Origin: Spirochaetota bacterium
GTDB taxonomy: Bacteria > Spirochaetota > UBA4802 > JAFGDQ01
DNA length: 64,000 nucleotides
NCBI GenBank assembly: GCA_043803405.1
Contig: JAZDKB010000018.1
Span: 192,001-256,000 of the forward strand
Reading direction: 5' to 3'
The notes below the pieces were generated by a model, which had not been told where the DNA came from, did no database searches, and worked only from the letters and a program-made list of their open reading frames with translations. How positions within the stretch are numbered: the first letter of the stretch is position 1; every line of letters starts with the position of its first letter. A program made the position numbers and the translations under genes. Positions 39,966-49,985 of the stretch are shown here, in pieces.

Positions 39966-41909
39966 TTATTTGTCTTTATCATCATCAACAACTTCATAAT
40001 CGGCATCGTAAACTTTCTGGCCTGCATTTTTTCCTGATGATTCGGTATTTGCGGAACCGGTATCCGGCTTGCTTCCTCCGGTATCTGTAGTACTGCCTGC
40101 GCTCTGTGCAGATTCCTTGTATATTCTTTCAGCAAATTTATGTGACACCTGCTCGAGTTTGCTCTTAGCATTCCGGATAGTTTCAACATTATTGGAATCC
40201 ATTGCTGAACGCAGATTTTTTATCTCGGATTCGATGCTTTGCTTTTCACTTGCATTTATTTTTCCTTCATTGTCTTTAATCATTTTTTCAAGAGAATAAA
40301 TGATAGTGTCTGCTTCATTTTTTATCTGGACAAGTTCTTTTGTTTTTTTGTCTTCATCTGCGTGTTCTTCAGCATCCCGAACCATCTTTTTAATTTCTTC
40401 ATCCGATAATCCGCTTGAAGATTCAATCCTTATCTTTTGCTCTTTACCTGTACCCAGATCCTTTGCGGAAACGTGTACAATACCGTTGGCATCAATATCA
40501 AATGCAACCTCTATTTGAGGAACACCTCTGGGAGCAGGCGGTATGCCTACAAGCTCAAAGCGTCCCAGCGTTCTGTTCTGAGTAGCCATTTCTCTTTCGC
40601 CCTGCAGAACATGGATCGAAACAGCAGGCTGATTATCAGCTGCGGTTGAAAATACCTGGCTTTTTTTTGTCGGAATTGTTGTATTCCTTTCAATTAGTTT
40701 TGTCATCACGCTGCCAAGCGTTTCAATGCCAAGAGACAAAGGAGTTACATCGAGAAGCAGCACGTCATGTACGTCTCCCGCTAAAACCCCGCCCTGTATT
40801 GATGCTCCAACTGCGACAACTTCGTCCGGATTAACGCCTTTATGAGGCTCCTTTGCAAATATTTCCTTAACCAGTTCCTGAACGGAAGGTATTCTTGTTG
40901 ATCCTCCAACCAGTATTACTTCATCAATTTCCGCTACAGAATAACCTGAATCCTTTATCGCTCTCATACATGGGTCTTTTGTAGATTTTATAAGGTCGCC
41001 GACCATCTGTTCAAAATTAGCGCGGGTAAGAGTAATTACAAGGTGCTTTGGCCCGCTTTGATCTGCAGTAAGGAAAGGAATGTTGATCTCTGTCTGAAGT
41101 TTGCTGGAAAGCTCTATCTTTGCTTTTTCAGCTCCTTCTTTGAGCCTTTGCAGGGCCATTTTATCTGTTACAACATTAATACCTGTCTGTTTTTTAAATT
41201 CGGTAATCAGCCAGTCCATTATCCTTTGATCCAGGTCATCTCCGCCCAGATGAGTATTTCCGTTGGTTGATTTTACTTCAAAAACACCATCTCCTAACTC
41301 CAGTATTGAAATGTCAAAAGTGCCTCCGCCTAAATCGTATACAGCGATCTTTTCGTTTACTTTTTTCTTATCAAGCCCGTATGCCAGTGCTGCAGCAGTC
41401 GGTTCATTGATAATACGTTCAACCTTTAATCCGGCGATAGCGCCAGCATCTTTGGTTGCCTGACGCTGAGAATCGTTGAAATAAGCAGGTACCGTAATAA
41501 CAGCTTTCTCGACTTTTTCTCCAAGAAAATCTTCGGCTGTCTGCTTCATTTTCTGGAGTATTCTGGCAGAAACTTCCTGAGGTGACAATTCCTCAAAGTC
41601 AGTTTTTACCTTAATCCCGCCTTTCCCGTCCTCAATTACTTTATAGGGAATCATCTTCTTTTCTTCCGTAATTTCCGAAAAACCGCGGCCCATAAATCTC
41701 TTTATGGATCTGATTGTGTTTACGGGATTAGTAATTATTTGATTTTTTGCAACCTGTCCAACCAATCTCTCACCTTTATCGGTAAGCGCCACTATTGAAG
41801 GAGTAGTTCTTTGCCCTTCAGAATTCTGTATAACAACAGGCTCTCCTCCCATCATAACAGCTACGCATGAGTTGGTAGTACCTAGGTCAATGCCAATTAT
41901 TTTACTCAT
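39966..41909 (-). CDS. dnaK: Chaperone DnaK
   Basis: [42 protein letters not shown]. Confidence 0.99.
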   Translation of the reverse strand: MSKIIGIDLGTTNSCVAVMMGGEPVVIQNSEGQRTTPSIVALTDKGERLVGQVAKNQIITNPVNTIRSIKRFMGRGFSEITEEKKMIPYKVIEDGKGGIKVKTDFEELSPQEVSARILQKMKQTAEDFLGEKVEKAVITVPAYFNDSQRQATKDAGAIAGLKVERIINEPTAAALAYGLDKKKVNEKIAVYDLGGGTFDISILELGDGVFEVKSTNGNTHLGGDDLDQRIMDWLITEFKKQTGINVVTDKMALQRLKEGAEKAKIELSSKLQTEINIPFLTADQSGPKHLVITLTRANFEQMVGDLIKSTKDPCMRAIKDSGYSVAEIDEVILVGGSTRIPSVQELVKEIFAKEPHKGVNPDEVVAVGASIQGGVLAGDVHDVLLLDVTPLSLGIETLGSVMTKLIERNTTIPTKKSQVFSTAADNQPAVSIHVLQGEREMATQNRTLGRFELVGIPPAPRGVPQIEVAFDIDANGIVHVSAKDLGTGKEQKIRIESSSGLSDEEIKKMVRDAEEHADEDKKTKELVQIKNEADTIIYSLEKMIKDNEGKINASEKQSIESEIKNLRSAMDSNNVETIRNAKSKLEQVSHKFAERIYKESAQSAGSTTDTGGSKPDTGSANTESSGKNAGQKVYDADYEVVDDDKDK

Positions 41910-42010
41910 TTTTTTTCTCCTTATATATATTCGAAATTATTTTCAATATTATTCAAACTTTAACGTCGCTAAGTATGTTAACATATAAAACAAAAAATCC
42001 GTGAAATTAG

Positions 42011-42724
42011 TTAATTAATCGTTTTTTCCGGTTCATTAACTGCGCTTTCAGAATTTTGATTATTATCGTTTTGCTGTCCACTATTATCCGCCGGCTTTTT
42101 TGGCTTTGTGACTTTTACTTTTGCAGATCTTATTACATAGTCCGATAACCGAAATCCCTTTTGATGGACCTTTGTGACCGTATCGCAATTAACATTTCCA
42201 TTTTCATCCATCTCTACAGCTTCGCAGATATTCGGATCAAACGGATTATTTAATGCATCAATCTCATTAATTCCATATTTTTTCAGAAGTTCTTCAATAT
42301 TTTTCGATATCATCATAAAACCATCAGAAAATGTATTACAGATATCTTCTACGGATTTTTCCCTGTTTATATTGCATGCAGCCTCAAATGCTCTTAATAG
42401 ATCATCATTAATGTTAATTACATCAAGAGCAAAGTCTTTAATGGCAAGTTTAGATTGTTCCTCCTGCATTTTTGACATTCTCTTTTTGTAATTCTCAAAA
42501 TCGGCCTGACGCCGTTTCATTGTTTCAGTTAAGGTTTCTATTTCTTTGTTTTTCTTTTCAAGTTCAGTTTGTAATTCTGTATCTTTTAGTTCAGTAATAT
42601 TGGAATTATCTTTAGAATTTACTTCGTCAGTTTTTTCAACTGACGGCTCGTTTTGTTTAGTTGAAGCTTCTGTGTCTTTTATCTCTTCAGTTTCATTAGG
42701 ATTATGTTTTTTCATTTTCATCAT
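42011..42724 (-). CDS. grpE: Nucleotide exchange factor GrpE
   Basis: ADFENYKKR, FDPNICEAV, QKGFRL..VIRSAKVKV; operon position. Confidence 0.95.
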   Translation of the reverse strand: MMKMKKHNPNETEEIKDTEASTKQNEPSVEKTDEVNSKDNSNITELKDTELQTELEKKNKEIETLTETMKRRQADFENYKKRMSKMQEEQSKLAIKDFALDVININDDLLRAFEAACNINREKSVEDICNTFSDGFMMISKNIEELLKKYGINEIDALNNPFDPNICEAVEMDENGNVNCDTVTKVHQKGFRLSDYVIRSAKVKVTKPKKPADNSGQQNDNNQNSESAVNEPEKTIN

Positions 42725-42826
42725 ACAATCTTACCTGCTTAAATATTATGTTAAAAAAGCTACCTGAATTAAATAAGTAAAAAAATCTATCTGTGCATTC
42801 GGCAGATGAACTATTTTAATATTAAT

Positions 42827-43882
42827 TTATTTTGCCATTTTTGTTAATAAATCGGAAACTACTTTTCCCGTGTAATCGACAAGAGGAACTACTTTCTCGT
42901 AATCCATTCTTGTAGGGCCAAGAACCGCGAGCGAACCTACATTCTGATTACCTATTTTATAGGAAGATGAAACGATACTGCAACCACATATGTCTTCTCC
43001 GTTTATCTCATCCCCAATAAAAGTATTAACTCCATTTGTTTCGATGTTTTTTTCCAGTATAAATTTTAATATATCTTTCTTCTTCAACAGATAAAGAAGT
43101 GTTTCCAGATGATTTGCCTCAATCATATCAGGGATATATAATAAATTTTCAATGCCGTCTATAAATAAATTGGGTTTCTCGGTTTTCGACAGCGCCAATT
43201 CAGCTATATCCAGTGCAATTTCTTCACTTGCGCTTAATAATTTATTTTTTCGTAACTTATCGAATACTTCTTTCTTAATATCATAAAGCGAATAACCGCA
43301 TAATTCGCTGGTAAGGTATTTAGAATATGAATGCAGATCGTCATGGCTAAAACTTGAAGAAATCGTTATTTTTTGATTTACCAGTACTCCCATTCTCGTA
43401 ACAAGGATAAATAATATTGTGTTTTCTCCCAGCGGAACCAGTTCAATGTGTTTAACTATTGAATGATCCGGTATTGGAGTAAGTACAATACCTGCATATT
43501 TTGATACTGAAGAAAGCATTTTTGTTATAGAAGAAAACATTTGATCAACGTGCAATTCTCTCTTTAATGTTTCTTCGTTAATATTCGTGTTATTATTCAT
43601 TGAAAATTCGTATGTATCCGGAAGCGAATCCACATAAAATCTGTAACCCTTATCTGTTGGAAGTCTTCCGGCAGAGGTGTGAGGATGAGTTAAATATCCC
43701 ATTGTCTCAAGATCAAACATTATATTCCTCATGGTTGCAGGAGAAATTGAAAAGGAATATTTAATTACAAACGATCTTGAGCCTATCGGTTTTCCTGATG
43801 AAATATACTCATATACAATCGCTTTAAGCACGGACGATTCTCTTTCATCAAGCTGTCTTTTTTGTTTATTATCTTTTACCAT
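42827..43882 (-). CDS. hrcA: Heat-inducible transcription repressor HrcA
   Basis: PIGSR, SPATMRNIM, HPHTSAGRLPTDKGYRFYVD, VLGPTRMDY. Confidence 0.97.
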   Translation of the reverse strand: MVKDNKQKRQLDERESSVLKAIVYEYISSGKPIGSRSFVIKYSFSISPATMRNIMFDLETMGYLTHPHTSAGRLPTDKGYRFYVDSLPDTYEFSMNNNTNINEETLKRELHVDQMFSSITKMLSSVSKYAGIVLTPIPDHSIVKHIELVPLGENTILFILVTRMGVLVNQKITISSSFSHDDLHSYSKYLTSELCGYSLYDIKKEVFDKLRKNKLLSASEEIALDIAELALSKTEKPNLFIDGIENLLYIPDMIEANHLETLLYLLKKKDILKFILEKNIETNGVNTFIGDEINGEDICGCSIVSSSYKIGNQNVGSLAVLGPTRMDYEKVVPLVDYTGKVVSDLLTKMAK

Positions 43883-43903
43883 AAAACATCTACTAAGAAT
43901 TTA

Positions 43904-43930
43904 TTAGCACTCTTTCATATCGAGTGCTAA
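43904..43930 (-). promoter_or_regulatory. CIRCE element (HrcA operator)
   Basis: Perfect TTAGCACTC-N9-GAGTGCTAA 21 bp upstream of hrcA, just downstream of TTGACA(43960-43955)-N17-TAATTT. Confidence 0.97.
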
Positions 43931-43999
43931 TAAATTAACCAAAAAAAAAAGCTATGTCAAGTCAAAAAAAATATTTTGATTACTTAATTTTAAAAATTT

Positions 44000-44809
44000 T
44001 TATTTTTTCTTCTTTTTCAAATCCTTTTTCCTTTCCTCGGATTCAAGTCTTTCTTTTAATGCGTCAATAGTGTTTTTTAATTTTGCAGCTTCGTCTGATT
44101 CTCCGGTTAATACATTTATTTTTCTAAGAGCAGTCAGCAGTTCAATGGATTTAATAATGTCAGCCGGCACCTGTGCTGAAATCTCATATCTTGACCTGAA
44201 TTGCTGTGCTGCCATGTTTAAATTGGTCTTGCAAAATTTGAGTAAATCACGCCTTTCCTTAAAAAATTCTATTCTTGGATCCCTGCTTTTTTGAAGGGCA
44301 GTAAAATTAATAAAGTTTTTAATAATAACAGCCATTCTTCCCTGAATATCGACAAATGACCATTTCCATTTTGAACTTTCCCCGAATCCTTTTATGAGTT
44401 TTGATATTACTTCCATAATCAATTGCATAAGATTTAATATTTGTGCAGGATTAACTTTTTCAATTTTTATTAAATAATCTTCGTTCTCTTTTAATGATCT
44501 GTCCAGGTCGTTTCCCACAATTTCTTCAGCTAATTGCAAAATTTTATAAACTTCTTTTCTTGCATTATTTAAATAGGTTTCGTTTTTCTGTCCAAGCATA
44601 TCAAAAGATATGTCGTTCATTTTTAAAAATAATTTAATGATCTTAAGACTTTCAATAATTGCTTCAATTTTAAGGTATCCGGAAATCGCGTGCATTGATT
44701 TCATTTTGGCGGTTATTTCTTTTATTTTGGCTCTGATTTTTTCAATTTCGGATTGATGTTCTTTGACATAGTTGGTATATGCAACTTTTTCGGCTTTTGT
44801 TATTGCCAT
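44000..44809 (-). CDS. Hypothetical helical protein
   Basis: 269-aa ORF with ATG and AGGA RBS; no motif recognised. Confidence 0.7.
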   Translation of the reverse strand: MAITKAEKVAYTNYVKEHQSEIEKIRAKIKEITAKMKSMHAISGYLKIEAIIESLKIIKLFLKMNDISFDMLGQKNETYLNNARKEVYKILQLAEEIVGNDLDRSLKENEDYLIKIEKVNPAQILNLMQLIMEVISKLIKGFGESSKWKWSFVDIQGRMAVIIKNFINFTALQKSRDPRIEFFKERRDLLKFCKTNLNMAAQQFRSRYEISAQVPADIIKSIELLTALRKINVLTGESDEAAKLKNTIDALKERLESEERKKDLKKKKK

Positions 44810-44941
44810 AAATCATTCCTGTACAGACGAATTAATTATTGCTTCATTAGTTCAAATTCTATAACAAAAAATTTACATATCAGTTCAAGATTGTCAATCC
44901 ACTTTCTAAAATCTGCTTGATTAGTAGAGGCATTTATTTTC

Positions 44942-47467
44942 ATGTCATTATTTATGAATAGATATAACAAAAAAATAATAAATCGCCTTGTCTTTAATCT
45001 CAGAAAACCGGGCAGGTATATAGGCTGTGAATTAAACAGCATAATAAAAGAAACGCCTTTTATCAGAATGGCTGTTTGCTATCCGGATCTTTATGAAGTC
45101 GGGATGTCGAATAACGGAATAAGAATATTATACGATATCGCCAACAAGCAGCCTGATGTATTATGCGAGCGTGTGTTTTCTGTTGAGGACGATTTTGAAA
45201 AAAAAATAAGAGACATGAACATGCCTCTTTACACTCTTGAAAGCTATACGCCTCTATGCGATCTGGATATGATCGGGTTTAATCTCGCTTATGAGCTTTT
45301 ATACACGAATGTTCTTCAGGTTCTCGATCTTGGGCATATACCGCTTTACAGCAAAGACAGGGGGGCTGATCATCCGCTTATTATTGCCGGCGGCGAAGCT
45401 GTATCGAATCCTTTGCCTGTAAGTGATTTTTTTGATGCTTTCTTTTTAGGTGACGGTGAAGAAGGTATAATCGATATATTAAACACTATACGGACATCAA
45501 AAAACGAACATTTACATAGAATAGAAACTCTTGATTTATTAAGCCGAATAGAAGGCGTGTATGTTCCCTCCAAAAAACCTACCGGAATTTTTAATGAAAA
45601 AAATATTGAGCAGACAGAATTAAACCGAGGTATATTGCCTCATGCGGTTAAATCGTATCATTCAATTAAAAAAAGATTTATTAGTGCAGATTCTCTTTAT
45701 AATCCGCAGCATCCAATTATTCCGAATTTGCGGATAACACAGGAAAGACTGGTCATTGAAATCACACGTGGATGTAAAAACTTGTGTAATTTTTGCCATG
45801 CCGGATATTATGAACTCCCGTACAGAAGCAGTAAACCAGATATGCTTTCAAGTCAAATCCTGTCATTAATTGATAATTCATATTATACTGATATGACTTT
45901 ATCATCGCTTTCTATAAGCGATTATAAATATTTGATCCCATTGCTGAATTCAATTCTCCCATCACTAATAGAAAAAGGCATATCCATTTCTCTGCCTTCC
46001 CTAAGGGTAGATAAAAGAACGCTTCCTGTAATTAAACAAATTTCGGATTTACGTAAAACTTCGCTTACATTTGCCGTGGAGTCTGCATGTGAAGAGATAC
46101 GCAGCATGGCAAACAAAAAGCTGCAGACTGATGATATCTTATCCATTGCAGAGCATGTATTCGCAGGAGGATGGAAACTGCTGAAACTGTATTTTATGAT
46201 AGGCCTGCCCGGCTGTGAAGAATATGATGAAGCAGCAGCAATTATAGAGCTGCTGAAAAAGCTGTATTTAACAGGGGGCAGAAAACGCGAGCTTAATGTA
46301 ACCATATCGCCGTTCGTTCCAAAGCCGCACACGCCTTTCCAGTGGGAAAAACAAATGGATGCCGGTTATTTTACAGATACTATTTTAAAAATAAAACGCG
46401 GTTTGCCGAGACAGCTTGCAATAAAAGCGCATGATGTTAATGCTTCCCTTCTTGAAGGCATAATCTCAAGAGGCGATTCAGACTTAAACCGGGTTATTTA
46501 TAAGTCTTACATTGACGGCGCCAGGCTGGATTCATGGAAAGAACATTTTAAGTTTGATATCTGGAAAAAAAATCTGGATGATTTACAGGACTGGAAAAAG
46601 TACACAGCCGCAAGGGATAAAAACGCGGCTTTGCCCTGGAGTTTTATTTCAAACGGATTCGAGAAAGTTATCATGAAGCAGAGAGAAAAGATAAGCTCTT
46701 CATGCAGACAAGTAAGTCAAAAGCCGCCTTTCGAAGAACTGGATGCTGTTTCTATAGCCGGAGCGATTAACAGTTTCAAAAGGAAATACGAAGTAAAGAA
46801 AAGAATACGCATAAAATTTGCCAAGCAGGGAATGGCAAAGTATATTTCTCATCTTGATTTTATGCAGGTAATTATACGGGCTCTCAGGATTGCAGATGTG
46901 CCAGTAGCATTTACTCAGGGCTTTAATAAAAGAGAAAGAATAGCAATGGGTTTCCCGGTTCCGGTTGGTATTGAGAGCGAATGCGAACTGTGCGATGTTG
47001 ATCTGTATGATGATATAAATATGGATTCTGTAGCAGCAAAGCTGAATAATTGTCTTCCTGAAGGGATTGTTGCCCATAATGTAATAACTTTAGAAAACAA
47101 AAAGTCAATTATGAGCATAACTGCTGCTGCACTATTTGAAATTGAAATAAACGACGATATTTTATATTATAATTTTATAAAAAATTCGGCTTTAAAACAT
47201 GATTTTGTTAAAGAATCGGACAAAGGAAAAAGAAATATAAAATTTGATGATGCAGTATTCTGGTGTAATATCCAAAATGGAGATACTGCCCTTGGAACGA
47301 GGAAAATATTAATTAAAATAGCGATTGGCAATGAAAACTCAGTCAGGATAGACAATATTGCCGTTGCTCTTGCAGGTACGACTTATGATGAGTTTTACAA
47401 ATTAAGAATTACTAAACTATGCCAGTACAGCAGGGATAAGACTGACGGTGAGCTGAAGGAAATATAA
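44942..47467 (+). CDS. TIGR03960-type radical SAM protein fused to a TIGR03936/DUF2344-type domain
   Basis: KPGRYIGCELN, YPDLYEVGMSN, EITRGCKNLCNFC (CxxxCxxC), LKLYFMIGLP, PKPHTPFQW; C-terminal YISHLD...FTQGFN...GIESECE. Confidence 0.85.
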   Translation: MSLFMNRYNKKIINRLVFNLRKPGRYIGCELNSIIKETPFIRMAVCYPDLYEVGMSNNGIRILYDIANKQPDVLCERVFSVEDDFEKKIRDMNMPLYTLESYTPLCDLDMIGFNLAYELLYTNVLQVLDLGHIPLYSKDRGADHPLIIAGGEAVSNPLPVSDFFDAFFLGDGEEGIIDILNTIRTSKNEHLHRIETLDLLSRIEGVYVPSKKPTGIFNEKNIEQTELNRGILPHAVKSYHSIKKRFISADSLYNPQHPIIPNLRITQERLVIEITRGCKNLCNFCHAGYYELPYRSSKPDMLSSQILSLIDNSYYTDMTLSSLSISDYKYLIPLLNSILPSLIEKGISISLPSLRVDKRTLPVIKQISDLRKTSLTFAVESACEEIRSMANKKLQTDDILSIAEHVFAGGWKLLKLYFMIGLPGCEEYDEAAAIIELLKKLYLTGGRKRELNVTISPFVPKPHTPFQWEKQMDAGYFTDTILKIKRGLPRQLAIKAHDVNASLLEGIISRGDSDLNRVIYKSYIDGARLDSWKEHFKFDIWKKNLDDLQDWKKYTAARDKNAALPWSFISNGFEKVIMKQREKISSSCRQVSQKPPFEELDAVSIAGAINSFKRKYEVKKRIRIKFAKQGMAKYISHLDFMQVIIRALRIADVPVAFTQGFNKRERIAMGFPVPVGIESECELCDVDLYDDINMDSVAAKLNNCLPEGIVAHNVITLENKKSIMSITAAALFEIEINDDILYYNFIKNSALKHDFVKESDKGKRNIKFDDAVFWCNIQNGDTALGTRKILIKIAIGNENSVRIDNIAVALAGTTYDEFYKLRITKLCQYSRDKTDGELKEI

Positions 47468-47581
47468 TTTTTGTGCTTTTATGCAGAATCCATCTTAAAA
47501 ATATAAATTTCGTAATGTATTTCATTCTATCCGTCAGTAAGCAAAATTTACTTATGATATAACTTGCAGACATAAAACAAG

Positions 47582-47607
47582 AAGGGCGAACCGGTATGTT
47601 CGCCCTT
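47582..47607. terminator. Terminator between convergent radical SAM and ino1 genes
   Basis: AAGGGCGAAC-N6-GTTCGCCCTT. Confidence 0.75.
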
Positions 47608-47638
47608 TGTATTTGAGATTTATTTGTTAATTATGTTC

Positions 47639-48952
47639 TTAATCGTACGATTCTGAGCCGAGGAATGTAACCGGTGGCACGTCCATAATCCAGCGTAAGG
47701 TATTCTTTAATTTCATAAGCTGAACAAACAGGTCGTGTGTTGGCTGCATGCCGGTTTCATACATCGGGCTTTTCCAGTAGAAAGAGAGCCATTCCTGTAT
47801 TCCGTACATTTCACATCTCTGTGCAAGATCGCAAAGTAGCGCCAGATCGAGCACTATCGGAGCTGCGAGTATGGAGTCCCTGCACAGAAAATCGATCTTT
47901 ATCTGCATCGGGTATCCGAGCCAGCCGAATATGTCTATGTTGTCCCACCCTTCCTTATCGTCTCCTCTTGGAGGATAATAATTTATGGTAACCTTATGAT
48001 AAAAATCCTTGTATAATTCCGGATATAATTCCGGCTGAAATATACGGTCAAGCACTGAAAGCTTACTTACTTCTTTTGACTTGAAAGATCCCGGATCGTC
48101 CAGTACCTCTCCGTCGCGGTTGCCGAGGATGTTGGTCGAGAACCATCCCCGAACTCCGAGCATTCTCGCCTTTAAGCCTGGACCCAGTATTGTTTTCATT
48201 AGTGTTTGTCCGGTTTTGAAATCCTTGCCTGTAAGAACAACTCTTTTTTTATCCGCAAGCTCGCGAAGTGCAGGAATATCGGTGCAAAGATTCGGCGCTC
48301 CGTTTGCATACGGGATTCCGAGATCAATCGCAGCGTAAGCGTAAATCATGCTCGGTGCTATTTTCGGATTGCTCTCTTTTAGTGCTTTCTCGAAGTTGGC
48401 AAGCGTATCGTGCACACCGGGAGCGATCTCCTGATGAATTTCCGTGCTTCCGCACCAGACCATAACAACCCTGGTACAATTCTTTTCCTTTTTAAAATTT
48501 ATAATATCATCCTTAACCATCTGGGCAAGATCCCAGTATGTTGATGCTTTTTTGACCCATTGCCCGTCCAGCCTTTTAACATATTCCCTGTTAAATACAG
48601 CTTTCCATGGTTTTATTGCTGAAAGTTCCGCTTTTATCGGTTCAAGATGTTCTTTTCGGAGCACTTCGGCATTAACTGCTGATTCGTAGGCATTGTCTTC
48701 AAATATATCCCAGCCGCCGAATTCTATATCATTTAAATTAGCAAGCGGAACAAAATCCTTTAGGTTGATATCCTTTGCGCTATCACCTTTTCCTACCCTG
48801 ATTTTCCCCATTTGCGTCAGCGAACCGAAAGGAAGGTTAAGGCCTTTTTTTACAAGAAGAACGCCGGCAATAAAAGTTGTGCAAACTGCGCCCATGCCCG
48901 GAGTAACTATGCCGAGTTTCCCATCAGGTTTTTTAATATTTTCTTTGTTCAA
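47639..48952 (-). CDS. ino1: myo-inositol-1-phosphate synthase
   Basis: GMGAV, FGGWDI, VWCGSTE, NGAPN, GKDFKTGQT, NILGNRDG, CRDSILAAPIVLDL. Confidence 0.93.
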   Translation of the reverse strand: MNKENIKKPDGKLGIVTPGMGAVCTTFIAGVLLVKKGLNLPFGSLTQMGKIRVGKGDSAKDINLKDFVPLANLNDIEFGGWDIFEDNAYESAVNAEVLRKEHLEPIKAELSAIKPWKAVFNREYVKRLDGQWVKKASTYWDLAQMVKDDIINFKKEKNCTRVVMVWCGSTEIHQEIAPGVHDTLANFEKALKESNPKIAPSMIYAYAAIDLGIPYANGAPNLCTDIPALRELADKKRVVLTGKDFKTGQTLMKTILGPGLKARMLGVRGWFSTNILGNRDGEVLDDPGSFKSKEVSKLSVLDRIFQPELYPELYKDFYHKVTINYYPPRGDDKEGWDNIDIFGWLGYPMQIKIDFLCRDSILAAPIVLDLALLCDLAQRCEMYGIQEWLSFYWKSPMYETGMQPTHDLFVQLMKLKNTLRWIMDVPPVTFLGSESYD

Positions 48953-49155
48953 TTTTTAAAAATCTCCTTTTTTACAATAAAACATAAGTTAACGAACTTA
49001 TAATTGCATAATATTCCCTGATTTTCACGATATATTAGGATTACTGTCAAGAATAAATTATTCATTAATTCACAAACAGCCTGAATATATTATCTTGACA
49101 TTAATGCGTTTTATAGGGTATTTTAATATAAGTTGTTAAATAATACAATATCCTT

Positions 49156-49881
49156 TTGAAGGAGGAATATATGGCTGATTCAGGTTTTAGTTTTCAAAAG
49201 ATACTTGATGATTCTAAAACTGTTTTAACAAACCCTAAGCAATATTTTTCGTCAATGGCAAAAGAAGGCGGTTTCGTAGAGCCGATCATAAAAGCATTGG
49301 TTTACGGCGTTATTGCAGGCATTATCAGCTTAATATGGTCTCTTTTGCATCTTACTGTTGCCGCTTCCATGCTTGGCGGGATGTTCGGTTCCGGAGTTGC
49401 GGGAATTATGGTACTGGTTTACTCTGTAATAGGATCGGTTATTGCAGTATTTATAGGCGGAATAATTATTTTAATTATTTCAGCAATATGCGGCGGAAAT
49501 ACTAATTTTGAAACAAATGCCAGGGTGGCCGCATCTTTAATGGTATTAAGCCCTATAAGCGCATTGCTGAGCGTAGTCGGTGCCTTTAGTTATCCTTTCA
49601 GCGCGTTCATTACATTAATTATTTCTCTTTACGGGCTTTATTTGCTTTATATAGCGCTTATAAATGCGCTTGGAGCAAAAAAAGAAACAGCAAAGATAGT
49701 GTCTATAGTGCTTGCAATTATCCCGGTTCTTATGCTTTTAAGCGCCCTTTTATGCGCATCTGCAGCAAGCAGATATACGGAAAGCGTAATAAAAGATATT
49801 CCAACCGGAAACAGTAAAGAAATTAAAGATATGCAGGAAAAAATAAGAGAATTGCAGGAACTGCAGAAAAAGATGAAATAA
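49156..49881 (+). CDS. Yip1-family membrane protein
   Basis: VLTNPKQYF start, five hydrophobic helices, ICGGNTNFE; start probably ATG 49171 (GGAGG RBS). Confidence 0.8.
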   Translation: MKEEYMADSGFSFQKILDDSKTVLTNPKQYFSSMAKEGGFVEPIIKALVYGVIAGIISLIWSLLHLTVAASMLGGMFGSGVAGIMVLVYSVIGSVIAVFIGGIIILIISAICGGNTNFETNARVAASLMVLSPISALLSVVGAFSYPFSAFITLIISLYGLYLLYIALINALGAKKETAKIVSIVLAIIPVLMLLSALLCASAASRYTESVIKDIPTGNSKEIKDMQEKIRELQELQKKMK

Positions 49882-49907
49882 ATAATAAGAGGATTTGCTT
49901 AAATATA

Positions 49908-49968
49908 TGTCATTTAGAATCTGGCTTTCTTTTGCTTTTGCAATGTATGCGCAGGATTCTAAATGACA
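49908..49968. terminator. Hairpin between convergent Yip1 and RND genes
   Basis: 14-bp inverted repeat TGTCATTTAGAATC...GATTCTAAATGACA. Confidence 0.55.
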
Positions 49969-49985
49969 GAATTTATAATTATTCT

